Of a stretch of DNA of 64,000 nt, positions 1 to 10,870 are shown piece after piece. This DNA is from an uncultured cyanobacterium (GTDB taxonomy: Bacteria > Cyanobacteriota > Cyanobacteriia > Cyanobacteriales > CAWUOF01): contig CAVUSO010000001.1 in the NCBI GenBank assembly GCA_963744145.1, positions 352,001 to 416,000 of the forward strand, read 5' to 3'. A program made the position numbers and the translations under genes. The notes under the pieces were generated by a model. It saw only the letters and a program-made list of their open reading frames with translations. It had not been told where the DNA came from and did not search any database. Each line of letters starts with the position of its first letter. Positions within the stretch are counted from its first letter, which is position 1.

Positions 1-336
1 ATTGGAACTGGATTAACTCGTTTTTCTTCTTATCCTGTTTATGCAGTTTTTGCCGCTTCTAAGGGAGCTGTAGATGTATTAACGCGCTATTTAGCTAATG
101 AGCTAGGTTTGCGAGGTATTACGGTTAATACGCTTGCACCTGGTGCAATTGATACTGATTTAAATGCTGATTGGTTACGTTCTGATGAAGCTCAAAAGCA
201 GATTATGGCAACTTTAGCAATCAAGCGAATTGGCATACCCGAAGATATTGCTGATGCAGTTTCATTTCTGGCTTCAGAGGATAGTCGTTGGATAACTGGT
301 CAGAGGATAGAAGCATCTGGTGGTGCTCATTTGTAG
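1..336 (+). CDS. SDR-family oxidoreductase, 5'-truncated by the window edge
   Basis: Frame is open from base 1 (IGTGLTRFSSYPVYAVFAASKGAVDVLTRYLANELGLRGITVNTLAPGAIDTD...WITGQRIEASGG), a typical SDR C-terminal half. Confidence 0.9.
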   Translation: MGTGLTRFSSYPVYAVFAASKGAVDVLTRYLANELGLRGITVNTLAPGAIDTDLNADWLRSDEAQKQIMATLAIKRIGIPEDIADAVSFLASEDSRWITGQRIEASGGAHL

Positions 337-613
337 TGATTGAATTCTTGACCTAAGAGTCAGATATTGATGCGATCGCTGTAAGTTGGATGTGACCAAA
401 TTGATCAATCATAGACTTAGATTTTGCGATCGCATCATTGGTTCAAGAAATTCCCTAACACCAGCATCATCAAAACTTTCAGTAGACTCTATCAAACAAG
501 TAACAAAAGTTTTATACTCAGGGTTAAACTGTTCTAACCGTTGGTAATGAAATTTTTAATTTAGGATTTTTTAAAGATTAACAAAACACCTAAAGTTTTT
601 AGCTATGATCAGG

Positions 614-1357
614 TTAGTTGCCGAGATCCGCTTCGGTACATAATACAGGGTAGAAAACAGCAATAGCATGAGTCAGACGAGTTTCGTGGGAATCACCAAA
701 AAAAACTGAAAACATAGCAGTGCAAATCAAGGCTGTTAAAAAAGTCGCTAAAATAATACCTAGCATGACATCCAAACCTAAAACGAACATATTACCACCG
801 ATAAAATGATTCCCAGCTATTCCAAAAGCACCTCCACCAATACAACCAGTAAATAAACATAAGCATCCAGATAAGCACCCATACCACACTTCTATATTAT
901 TACAACCCATTAATTGTCCTTGGGTCAAAGTATAATGGGTCAAAATATTACAAGGAAGGTGTCCTGAAACTCCCCCCAAGTCAAATTTAAGGTCTTTCTC
1001 ATGCAGCCATTGTCCTTCGTATCTCCAACCCACTTGATTACTAAACTTGATCAGATTATCCTGCTCTTGATCTGGCTCCGAATTTTCGACAACACTTTTC
1101 CAGATTCGTTTTTGCACACTAAAACCAAAGCGTCCTTGTGAATACTCTACCCATAACTGGTCGATCGTGCGAAGGTCAGTTAATGGGAAATTGAGCCAAT
1201 CTGTTTTCTGAAGAAATCCTTTTTTCTCACACTTAGCAGCTTGGAGCATAAGTAGACGAGTTTCTTGATCAGCTTTTTTCCATTCACCATTAGTTAACAA
1301 GTCTTCCAGGTGACGATAATCTATGCCCACTTCACTTGCTAGAATAATTTCACTCAT
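614..1357 (-). CDS. GUN4-like domain protein with C-terminal hydrophobic (probable transmembrane) extension
   Basis: GUN4-like motifs IDYRHLEDLL..GEWKKADQET, DLRTIDQLWVEYSQGRFGFSVQKRIW, VGWR and GHLP, followed by two hydrophobic segments. Confidence 0.85.
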   Translation of the reverse strand: MSEIILASEVGIDYRHLEDLLTNGEWKKADQETRLLMLQAAKCEKKGFLQKTDWLNFPLTDLRTIDQLWVEYSQGRFGFSVQKRIWKSVVENSEPDQEQDNLIKFSNQVGWRYEGQWLHEKDLKFDLGGVSGHLPCNILTHYTLTQGQLMGCNNIEVWYGCLSGCLCLFTGCIGGGAFGIAGNHFIGGNMFVLGLDVMLGIILATFLTALICTAMFSVFFGDSHETRLTHAIAVFYPVLCTEADLGN

Positions 1358-1429
1358 ACCGGTTGATTGTTCAGTTCCATCCTATTAATATAGAAGAGAT
1401 CCGATCGCCTTTAATCTTCCCTTATATGG

Positions 1430-3973
1430 CTATTCCCAATTGCCAACTAAAACAAAAGGTGACCAAATCGCTGGATGACCGTTAGGATCAGCAATTATTT
1501 TCATTTGTGCTTGTCGCAGTGCTTCGGCTTTGGTAATTCCTGGTTGTCGTAGTAACTGATAAAAGTTTTCAATTAATGGCACTGTATCCGCATCATTGAC
1601 AAACCAAAGACTGACCAGAGTAGTTTGGACGCCTGCTCGCAGAGCTACCCCAGCAATACCAAGGGTAGAGCGATCGTTTCCAGCAGCAGTTTGACAAGCA
1701 CTTAAAGTTAATAATTCTATCACTTGTTTGCTCTGACGTAGGACAGTTTCAAAGTCATTTAGGGATAATCGTTGGTCGAATATTTGCAGGAAAGTATTGT
1801 TAGGATCTGCACCAAATTTGCCGTGAGTTGCTAGGTGAACAATGGTATAATTGCCGCTATGGATTTGCTTTTGCAAATTGGCTAAGGTGAAGTCTTTATC
1901 CAAAAATATATCTCCCCCAAGAATCTTTTGAATACCCTTAGTTTCTGCTGAAACATTGGGTAATGCCGCAAAAGGAGGAATTTCGGCACTTAAACCAAAA
2001 ATGAGGGCTTTGCCATTGGCTAGAGTTGGTTTTTTACTAGCAGTTAGGTGTAAACCTAAAGTTGTAGCTATGGCATATTTTTCTACCAAAAAATGTTTAC
2101 CATCATGTAAAGCTGCCATTGGTACATTTCTTAATACTCCATCATTAATGAACAGCAAAATACTGGGTTTGGCTGTTTCTAAATCTGTTACCATTGGTCT
2201 AATTATCCAGTCATAAACCTTTTGACTTTCCTCAAGATATTCATCAGTAGCTATATTTTCTAAGGTAAACCGGAGTCGGTCAATTTGTTTTTCTATCTCC
2301 TGACGCGATCGCTCAACTGGATATTGTTTAAGGGAACCATCCGGTAAACGTAAGATCAGATAAGTGCGATCGCCTAAAATAATTGAGTTGATTACGGCAG
2401 TATTAGTTTTAGCTAGTTCACTAATAGGGTTGATGGTAGCGCGAGCTACTTCTACACACTCATCGCCAAAAAAGTTTTGGACTTCATTCAATTGCAACAA
2501 TTCTAAAACTTGAAGCGCGGCTGATATTTTTGATTGAGAATTACCAGATTGACTTTGATTAAGCAACAAAGCGATCTGTTCCCGATAAACTGGTTCTACT
2601 GAATCCCGCAAATCAAATTGTAAGTCTTTACTAGCAGCAACCAAATCACTCCGAATACTCTGAAGTGTCGCGATCGCTTCTTGATAAGATAAAACTGCTA
2701 ATTCAGTTTGTCCGTTAGCTTGATAAATACGTCCTATTTGGGCTTGCCAGCGATAAAGACTATCTCCGGCATTAGCTTGTTGAGCCGATAATACAGCTTG
2801 CTGAGTTAGCTGTAAAGCTATGGCCAAATTTCCGGTTTGTTCATAAACTTTTCCTAAAGCTCCTAATCCAAAAGATTCAGCCCGTTGATCACCTATTTTC
2901 TTAGCAATCGCGATCGCTTTTTCCAAGGTTTTCGCTTTTTGTTGCACCAGGGAGACGGGACCGTTAGATGTTGAGATTGAGTTTCCTGTTTCTGTAGCAC
3001 TAATTAAAGCATAAACTTTGGCACGAGAATCGGGTGCTGCTTCTATTAGTTCCATAGCTTGGGAGGTATAATGAAGAAGTTTATCCTGTGCTAGTGATGG
3101 TAATTGACTAGAAAAGTACACTAAATTTAATAATGCTTTGGCTTGCAATATTCCACCTAATGCTTGACTTTCTTGTACCGCACGTTCATAAGATGCAAGA
3201 GCTTCGGCTGCGTCTTTTTGTGCTAAACCCATCAAGCGACTTTCTTCTCGATCATCTCCCTCCCTTGCTACAGAATGAGCTTGTAGTAAATACCGCTCAT
3301 AGCGACTATGCAAAACATTTCCCAAATTATTTAAGTTGCTACTAATGAGACTAGAATTCTTTAATCCTGTTGCTAAATCCAAACTCTGATGATAAGCAGC
3401 GATCGCTTTTTCAAACTCTCCTGATGCGGAATAAGCATTACCTAATGCTCCTTGTGCTGCTGCTTCTGTTGTGTGATCTTGATCTTTACGAGCTAACTCT
3501 AGAGTAGATTGCAAAATTGGTACAGCAATCCGAAATTGTCCCAAAGCGTTATAAGTCTGTGCTTGTTCCGTCCACACTTGTGCTAGAAGGTGATGGGATT
3601 CTTGATCCGAGATAGATTGATAAATTTTTGCGGCTTTTTCCCATTGTCCGATCGCTTCTCCTAAATTCCCAATTTGACGATAAGCTGATCCCAAATTACT
3701 GTAAATGGTCGCTTTTTCTTTTTGGTTGGATGTTTGGGACAGCATTGATAACCAAATCTCGATCGCTTCTTGATACTGTCCAGCATGATAGCGATCGCTA
3801 CCTTCGTCTCCTAAACTAATCTGAGCAGGTATTTTGAGTTCCTGATGGGAATTTTTACTAATTAATTGAGCAGATTTGACCGGAAGTTGCTCGATCGCGA
3901 TCGCCATTTCTAAACAATTCAAAACTCCTATAGTTAATGATAATATAAAAACGCAAACTTGTTTTTCTTGCAT
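1430..3973 (-). CDS. TPR + CHAT (caspase/HetF-like) peptidase with N-terminal signal-like sequence
   Basis: TPR helices (YSNLGSAYRQIG, QGALGNAYSASG); CHAT motifs HLATHG, LSACQTA and HPAIWSPFVLVGNW; hydrophobic N-terminus. Confidence 0.92.
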   Translation of the reverse strand: MQEKQVCVFILSLTIGVLNCLEMAIAIEQLPVKSAQLISKNSHQELKIPAQISLGDEGSDRYHAGQYQEAIEIWLSMLSQTSNQKEKATIYSNLGSAYRQIGNLGEAIGQWEKAAKIYQSISDQESHHLLAQVWTEQAQTYNALGQFRIAVPILQSTLELARKDQDHTTEAAAQGALGNAYSASGEFEKAIAAYHQSLDLATGLKNSSLISSNLNNLGNVLHSRYERYLLQAHSVAREGDDREESRLMGLAQKDAAEALASYERAVQESQALGGILQAKALLNLVYFSSQLPSLAQDKLLHYTSQAMELIEAAPDSRAKVYALISATETGNSISTSNGPVSLVQQKAKTLEKAIAIAKKIGDQRAESFGLGALGKVYEQTGNLAIALQLTQQAVLSAQQANAGDSLYRWQAQIGRIYQANGQTELAVLSYQEAIATLQSIRSDLVAASKDLQFDLRDSVEPVYREQIALLLNQSQSGNSQSKISAALQVLELLQLNEVQNFFGDECVEVARATINPISELAKTNTAVINSIILGDRTYLILRLPDGSLKQYPVERSRQEIEKQIDRLRFTLENIATDEYLEESQKVYDWIIRPMVTDLETAKPSILLFINDGVLRNVPMAALHDGKHFLVEKYAIATTLGLHLTASKKPTLANGKALIFGLSAEIPPFAALPNVSAETKGIQKILGGDIFLDKDFTLANLQKQIHSGNYTIVHLATHGKFGADPNNTFLQIFDQRLSLNDFETVLRQSKQVIELLTLSACQTAAGNDRSTLGIAGVALRAGVQTTLVSLWFVNDADTVPLIENFYQLLRQPGITKAEALRQAQMKIIADPNGHPAIWSPFVLVGNWE

Positions 3974-4006
3974 ATCAATTTTTCCTTTAAAATTAATATT
4001 TATTAC

Positions 4007-6199
4007 TTAGATTGGTATTTCAATTACAAACTCTGCACCTTCTCCAGGATGAGAAATACATCTTAACTTACCTTTGTGCATTTCTTCAATAATTTGACGA
4101 CTGATTGACAAACCTAATCCAGTCCCTTTACCTACACCTTTAGTTGTAAATAACTGTTCAAAAATTTTCTGTTGTACAGGTTCAGGTATTCCTGGACCAT
4201 TATCCTTGATATAGATTGCTACCATAGAACTATCCTCTAAAAGTTCTGTCCGAATTGTAATAATGTTAGGATTCTCTTTAATTTCAGCAAAAGAATGTCC
4301 CTGATTTGATTCATCAAACGCATCAATACCATTACTTAATAAATTCATAATCACTTGATTTAGTTGACCGAGATAACAATTTATTTCAGGTAACTGAGCA
4401 TATTCTTTAATTATCTGAATTTCTGGACGATCATTATTGGCTTTAAGTCGGTGTTTTAAAATCATCAAAGTGCTATCAATTCCATCATGAATATTACAAG
4501 CTACTTTAGCTCCTGTATCGCTGCGAGAAAAAGTTCGTAGAGAAATACTAATATCCTTAATTCGATTAATTCCCACCTGCATTGATGTGAGAATTTCTGG
4601 TAGGTCTTCTAATGTATATTCTAGGTCGATCTCTTCTGCATTGGCGTTAATTTCTTCACCAGGATTAGGAAATTTTTCCTGGTAGAGTCTCAAATGTTCA
4701 ATCAAATCTTGCATATACTCTTGTACATGACTGAGATTACCAGATACAAAACCAACGGGATTATTAATTTCGTGAGCTACTCCTGATACTAATTGACCAA
4801 GAGCTGACATCTTTTCACTTTGAATTAATTGCAGTTGAGATTGCTGGATCTGTGTCAAAGCTTCCTCTAGTTTTGTTATAGTTTGTTCAAGGATGACATT
4901 TAATTCTTTTAACCTGTTAACATAAACATAACCCCAAATGCCTATTGTTGATGCTAATAAAGCTAACAATGGTGGCACAATGGTAATCCACCAACCTGCG
5001 ATAAAACTGAAATAAGAGATTAACAATAAACAGATGCTAGCCAAGATAATTGTCCCAGCAATTCTGATTAAAAATATATGTTCTTTGGTCTGTCTCCATT
5101 TCCAACCTAGAGTGGGAATTAACCCAGTCCAAAGTAAAATATATAAATTTTCTAGCCCCTTATGCCAAACTTGAATTAGAGGACGTCCATTCAATACTGA
5201 ACTCAAAATTTGGCTGACTAGATTTGCTTGGAGTTCAACTCCCGCAGTTCGCACTGGGCTACTCCTAAAACCGGCGCTGTAAGGGGTATAAAAAATATCA
5301 TTCAGACTATTTGCTTCTGCCCCAATTAAAACAATGCGATCGCGAATTAACTCAGGTGCAACTCGATTTTCTAGGATATCTGTGATGGAAACAGTGGCAA
5401 AAGTGTGGGCAGGTCCACGAAAATTTAGAAAAATTTGATATCCTCCTGCATCTGCACCTAGATAACCACCATCATTTGCTTCAAAGGGAGTAAAAACCGT
5501 CTTACCCAATTGCAGAGAACCACGATCATCAGCTTTTGGGGTAATTCCTTTTCCCTTTAAATAAAGTATTGCTAAATATAATCCTAAACTAGGTAATTTT
5601 TCATTACCTTCTGGCATAGGAAAAAGAATTGCACGACGCACAACTCCATCAGGATCTACAACTATATCATTAGCACCGACTTGTTCTAGTTGAGCAAGAA
5701 CTGGAGCCGGAGCGATCGCCGAACTAAATTTATCCCCAATTGCCTTTTGAATTCCAATTAAGTTAGGTGTTGTCTTAAATACCTTAACTAATTCCTTATT
5801 ACCAGGTTCGATCGGCAAATTCCGATACAAATCTAGCCCAATTCCTTGGGGATGCTGTTGATTAATTTTAGTGATCAACTTGGCTAAAATAGCATCGGAA
5901 CAAGGCCATTTTTTCAGCCTAGCAATATCTGATTCTTCCACACTGACAATGAGGATACGATTGTCAATTGGTTCTTGGGGACGTAGACGAAAGCTTAAAT
6001 CCCATGCTGCTAATTCTAGAGGTTGGAGCCATCCCAAACACCTGATGGTAATAGTCAATCCTGCTACAATTGGTGTTACAATTACTGCTCCTCGCCATTC
6101 CCAAGCTTGTTGTTTTAATTGACTTACTAAAGGGCTAATAGCACCCAATCCCATTCCATCAGAAAAATATCGCAAAATTCTACTAGAAAAATGTTTCAT
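4007..6199 (-). CDS. CHASE2-domain sensor histidine kinase
   Basis: CHASE2 motifs ([29 protein letters not shown]), TM helices, H-box VAHEINNP, HATPase boxes DNGPGI and GKGTGLGL. Confidence 0.93.
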   Translation of the reverse strand: MKHFSSRILRYFSDGMGLGAISPLVSQLKQQAWEWRGAVIVTPIVAGLTITIRCLGWLQPLELAAWDLSFRLRPQEPIDNRILIVSVEESDIARLKKWPCSDAILAKLITKINQQHPQGIGLDLYRNLPIEPGNKELVKVFKTTPNLIGIQKAIGDKFSSAIAPAPVLAQLEQVGANDIVVDPDGVVRRAILFPMPEGNEKLPSLGLYLAILYLKGKGITPKADDRGSLQLGKTVFTPFEANDGGYLGADAGGYQIFLNFRGPAHTFATVSITDILENRVAPELIRDRIVLIGAEANSLNDIFYTPYSAGFRSSPVRTAGVELQANLVSQILSSVLNGRPLIQVWHKGLENLYILLWTGLIPTLGWKWRQTKEHIFLIRIAGTIILASICLLLISYFSFIAGWWITIVPPLLALLASTIGIWGYVYVNRLKELNVILEQTITKLEEALTQIQQSQLQLIQSEKMSALGQLVSGVAHEINNPVGFVSGNLSHVQEYMQDLIEHLRLYQEKFPNPGEEINANAEEIDLEYTLEDLPEILTSMQVGINRIKDISISLRTFSRSDTGAKVACNIHDGIDSTLMILKHRLKANNDRPEIQIIKEYAQLPEINCYLGQLNQVIMNLLSNGIDAFDESNQGHSFAEIKENPNIITIRTELLEDSSMVAIYIKDNGPGIPEPVQQKIFEQLFTTKGVGKGTGLGLSISRQIIEEMHKGKLRCISHPGEGAEFVIEIPI

Positions 6200-6254
6200 G
6201 GTTTGGGTTATTCAAATATGGACGAAAAGCAGTAAGAACTGACTATTACCTCTA

Positions 6255-7055
6255 CTAATTTTTTACTAGAGCTTGTGGTTGGGAAATAGGTAGATGAGAT
6301 AAACCTACTTGATCTAGTAGAAAGCGGAGATATTGGGCACTTAATCCATCTCCAGGATTTGCTAAATAGGCTTTGGAAATATTGGCAATTGCATCATACC
6401 AAATGCCTGATCTGGCATAAACAGCAGCAGCTTGGCGCAGTTCTTGTGCAGAGGATTGATCTACGGAAGTAAATTTAAGTTGGTGATTGTTTTCAGGAGA
6501 ATTAGCAGCCCGTATAATTAAACTCCGCACATAGATATTTTCGGAGGGACGTTTAGCATTGCAAACTAAAGAAACAGTCCAGCGATATACTTTACCAACG
6601 GACAACCCCTGCACATTCTCGGGTAGTTCTAGCTGAACAATGCCACTTTTGCTGTTGTCGAATTGCTTAACTAGCAATGGTTTTGATACTCCAGGTTCTA
6701 CTAGAGCAAACTGCATCGCAGTTGATGGTGTTTTGGAGACATACCAAGAGAATGTAGGATGATCTGTAGCTGTCAAGCCAATGTGATCGTTGGGAATTAG
6801 TAATGAAAGTGAACCAAAGGAGTCCGATGGACAGCCTCGCGAACCTGCTCCTTCAGTACGTTGAATTTTATCTCGACCGGCTGGAGGAACATACTCGACA
6901 AAGTCATTAGCTAAAGCTTTGGTACTGAAAACATTTAGCTCTCCGAAAAAGTTTCCTGGGGTGGATTCGCTCCAGAAATTAAAGGCACCTGTGGATTGCA
7001 GTAGGGTAAGAAGAACTGCTCCAGTGAAGATTGTCGTAAATTTAGGGTTAGTCAT
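6255..7055 (-). CDS. DUF928 domain protein (exported)
   Basis: Signal-like N-terminus; GAGSRGC, HPTFSWY, YRWTVSLVC and GIWYDAI motifs. Confidence 0.88.
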   Translation of the reverse strand: MTNPKFTTIFTGAVLLTLLQSTGAFNFWSESTPGNFFGELNVFSTKALANDFVEYVPPAGRDKIQRTEGAGSRGCPSDSFGSLSLLIPNDHIGLTATDHPTFSWYVSKTPSTAMQFALVEPGVSKPLLVKQFDNSKSGIVQLELPENVQGLSVGKVYRWTVSLVCNAKRPSENIYVRSLIIRAANSPENNHQLKFTSVDQSSAQELRQAAAVYARSGIWYDAIANISKAYLANPGDGLSAQYLRFLLDQVGLSHLPISQPQALVKN

Positions 7056-7162
7056 TGATTGAAAGAAAAATTTGGTGAATAAAAACCATCTGATAAAACT
7101 TTCAGGTGTTGAGTCAATATTGACCTTAAGTCCTGAAAGATATTTGTGAAGCGCTCATTTCT

Positions 7163-7927
7163 CTATTGCTGAATTTCAGCAATTTTGACAGGGGTAATCC
7201 CAACTTGCTTGAGCAAAGCGTTGAGGGTATTTAAAGCTTCTGTTTCTCCTGGATTGGCAATATGAACCTGATAAAGGGCTGATACTGCATCTATCCAGAT
7301 CCCTGACTGTGCATAAATTAATGCCCGATCAGCATCAGATCTAGCTGTAGCTATTTTTTGATTTAAGTCAGGTGAAGGGTGAACCCGTTCGATCCATGCA
7401 CGCGCGTAGATATTTTCTGAAGGACGCTTGTCACTACAAATTAAAGCTACTGTCCAGCGATATTCTTTACCTACAGCTAATTCGGGAATATTCGCTGGTA
7501 CTTCTAGTTTAACAATTCCAGGTTTGTCAGCTTTGACTTGTTGCGTAAAAATCGGCTTAGGTTTTCCTGGTTCTACCAAAGTAAATACCATTGATGCTGT
7601 TGTACCGTTCGATAGGTGCCAAAGAAATGTTGGATAAGCTGAGACAGTTTGGGCAATATGATCATTAGGTGTTAGCAGGTTTAATGATACGGGAATTGAG
7701 TTGGTACAACCTCTAGCACCACTTCCTTCTGTTCTTTGGGGACGACCTCGATCAGTGGGAGGAACATATTGAGCTATCTCAACTGCGTTAGCTACAGTTT
7801 CATCACTCTTGATTGAAAAATCATTGCTTAATGAGATATTCACTGGGCCATTAAGTACCGTTAATACACTTATTACGCTTCCTAATGCTATTCTCATCAT
7901 GCTAGATACCCGATTAAATTTATTCAC
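7163..7927 (-). CDS. DUF928 domain protein (exported), paralog of the neighbouring gene
   Basis: GSGARGC, YPTFLWH, YRWTVALIC and GIWIDAV motifs. Confidence 0.88.
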   Translation of the reverse strand: MNKFNRVSSMMRIALGSVISVLTVLNGPVNISLSNDFSIKSDETVANAVEIAQYVPPTDRGRPQRTEGSGARGCTNSIPVSLNLLTPNDHIAQTVSAYPTFLWHLSNGTTASMVFTLVEPGKPKPIFTQQVKADKPGIVKLEVPANIPELAVGKEYRWTVALICSDKRPSENIYARAWIERVHPSPDLNQKIATARSDADRALIYAQSGIWIDAVSALYQVHIANPGETEALNTLNALLKQVGITPVKIAEIQQ

Positions 7928-8080
7928 GAAACCAATCCTCCCTTATTATCTTTATGTCTTAATTTCACATTGGCATTTTTTTTTAATAATGGCAAGCATT
8001 TCCCGAACATATTTACTAAAAATTTATAAAACGCCAAATACCGTTTACCGTTCGGTAGGTGCCAAAGAAACGGATGAAGA

Positions 8081-8113
8081 AAATATTTCACAAATATTTC
8101 ACAAATATTTCAC
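8081..8113. promoter_or_regulatory. 3x 11-bp direct repeat AAATATTTCAC in the divergent promoter region; candidate transcription-factor site
   Basis: Three exact tandem copies between the DUF928 operon and the FHA array. Confidence 0.45.
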
Positions 8114-8310
8114 AATATATATTCAAATGATTGATGAATTTGTTTTCTTAATAAATCTTTAAAATTAATTGAGATAACAATAAATAACCCCCAATCTAAA
8201 AAATATGAGTTCGACGAGCTAGAATATTGGTAAAATTGAGTATTCTCATCAATCAAGTAGCATTAATCAAAGTCAAGTTATTTACTATCTTGAGATCAGG
8301 CAAAAAATTA

Positions 8311-10781
8311 ATGAAAATCTCGCAAATAGTAGCATTTTTAGGATTAGCTAACTTACTTTTCCATCCCTCCGTTTTAGGGCAAATAGTACCCGATCGCACG
8401 GTAGGAACTACAGTAACGCCAAATTTAACCATTAATGGTAGATCGAGCGATCGCATCGATAACGGTACGATGCGAGGCAGCAACTTGTTTCACAGCTTTC
8501 AAGAATTCAATATCGGGTCAGGACAGGGCGTATATTTTAGCAACCCAGCAGGAATCACCAACATTTTTAGCCGAATTACAGGTAGTAATTCCTCCCAGAT
8601 CAATGGCACCTTGGGAGTGTTAGGTAATGCCAATTTATATCTACTTAATCCCAACGGGATACTTTTTGGTCAGAATGCGCGACTCGATCTCAAAGGGTCA
8701 TTTTTGGCGACCACCGCTAATCAGATTAACTTCGCGGATGGGACTGTTTTTAGTGCGACTAATCCTCAGACATCTGCTTTGCTTACGATCAGTGTGCCAG
8801 TCGGGTTGCAGTTTGGCAGCAACCCGGTCCCATTACCGTCCTAGGGATAGGTTCCATTACCGTCCTAGCGCAAAATAGCGAGGGAGGTGCCATTTTTATT
8901 CCTAAAAAATTAGATCTGAATATTGGTTCAAATGGGTTACAGGTACAACCTCAAAAAACCTTAGCCTTAATCGGTGGGAATCTAGCCCTAAATGGAGGGT
9001 TACTCTCTGCACCATCAGGACAAATTGAGTTGGGAAGTGTGATGGGAGGAACCGTCGCTCTTAATCCCAACCCTCAAGGGTGGACATTAAGCTATGGCAA
9101 TGCTGACAGCTTTGGCAATATTCAGATGACCCAAGGAGCCTTAGCTGCTGTAGTTGACAGCACTACAGGGTTAAATGGAGGAGCGATCCAAATTCAGGGG
9201 CAACAAGTCAACATCCAGGATGGTTCCTTAGTAGCTGTGCAAAATCAAGGTAATCAAACGGCTGGTGATATCAAAGTCAATGCTACCGGGTCACTTCAAA
9301 TTATCGGCCCATCACCAAATTTAAACAGCAGTGGTACTGGCATAGTGAATGAAACCATATCCACGGGTGCAGCAGGTAAGATTACGATTAACACTCCACA
9401 TTTGACTCTTGATCAAGATGCCCAGGTCTTAACCCGAAGCCTTAGTTCAGGGCAAGATGGTGACATTATCCTAAATATTACGGATGAGTTGCAGGTAGGT
9501 GGTGTTGCACCGGGAGATCCGCAGCAGATAGTCAGTTCTATTCTTACCAGCAACTATGCAACTGGTAATGGGGGCAATCTATTTATTTCCGCTCCAAATA
9601 TACTGATATTCAATGGTGGTAATCTAGGAACTAGACCATTTGGTCAAGGAATTGGTGGTAATGTCACAGTCAATGCAGATACTATTCAAGTGACAAGTGC
9701 GGGAGCGCCTCAAGGCTTATTTTATAGTTTGATAGCCACTGTAACCCTAGGCCCAGGTAATGCCGGTAATGAAACAATCAACACACATACCCTCTCACTC
9801 CAAGATGGTGGATTTGTATCAGCCAATAGCGCAAGCAGCGGAAATTCAGGTAGCATTAAAATTAATGCATCTAAATCAGTTGAACTTAGTGGTACAAAAG
9901 ATGGACAAGCAGCCTTTTCAAGCGGTATTGGTGCCGGGGTTTACAATCCTTTTGGTCAAAATCCTATTGCTAATTCAGGCAACCTCACAATTAATACTCC
10001 AACCCTGAATATCGATAATGGTGCAATCATCAATGTTCAAAACCAAGGTAGTGGTAATGCTGGTATTTTGAGTATTAATGCTGGCATAATCCAACTGGAT
10101 CATGGGGGAAGTATCTCCGCATTTACAACATCTGGAAAAGGGGGAAATATTAACCTTCAGGTTCAAGATTTGCAAATACGTCATGGTAGTTTCATTAGTA
10201 CAGAAGCGGGGGGTAGTGGTAATGGCGGTAATATCAATATCAACGCTCCTGTGATTGTCGGATTAGAAAACAGTGATATTACTGCCAATGCATTCCAAGG
10301 TCAGGGCGGTAATATTGAAATTGTTACCAAAGGTATTTTTCGTTCCCCTGATAGCAACATCACTGCCTCTTCACAACTAGGTATTAGCGGTACTATTAAT
10401 ATCTCCAACCCTAACTTACAACAGCAAAACGTTTTAGTTCTTTCTACTCCGAGCTTTGCGAGCCAAGAGCAGGTGCTAGCTAACAATTGTTTGACTCATC
10501 GCAATAGCCAACAGGGTACCTTTGTAGTTACTGGTAACGGTGGTTTACCAGTAACACCTGATAGTAGATTAGTACCTTATGATGTGCTTCAAGTTAGGTC
10601 TGTAAATGAAAGAAGATCAATCGGGAATAGAGAACCACAACCCGCGATCGCTCATACCTGGCATTTTGGGGACTCAATTCAAGAAGCAACGGGATTTACT
10701 TTTACTCCCGATGGAAAAGTGATCCTTTTTGCTAATGCAAACCATGGCTCTAATCCTGATTCTTTGATCTGTTTTCAATAA
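8311..10781 (+). pseudogene. Filamentous haemagglutinin-family (TpsA-like) protein, copy 1, split by a 1-nt deletion near 8826 (real or assembly error)
   Basis: TPS motifs NLFHSFQEF and NPNGI. It reads AACCCGGTCC where copies 2 and 5 read AACCCGGGTCC; adding one G joins ORFs 8227-8844 and 9030-10781 into a full paralog. Confidence 0.85.
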
Positions 10782-10870
10782 CTAGCATTTAGCTAAATTG
10801 TCTGAGATTTTTGGGAAAATTGAGTACAATGATTAATTAAACAGAAAAATATAGTTTTTGTTAAAAATTC

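Noticed and set aside
614-1357. Assignment as the true chlorophyll-synthesis gun4 gene
   Set aside because: Lacks the N-terminal helical domain and has a TM tail; a GUN4-like paralog only
7809-8162. 117-aa ORF across the divergent promoter
   Set aside because: Overlaps DUF928 antisense, runs through the 11-bp repeats, low-complexity AT-rich translation
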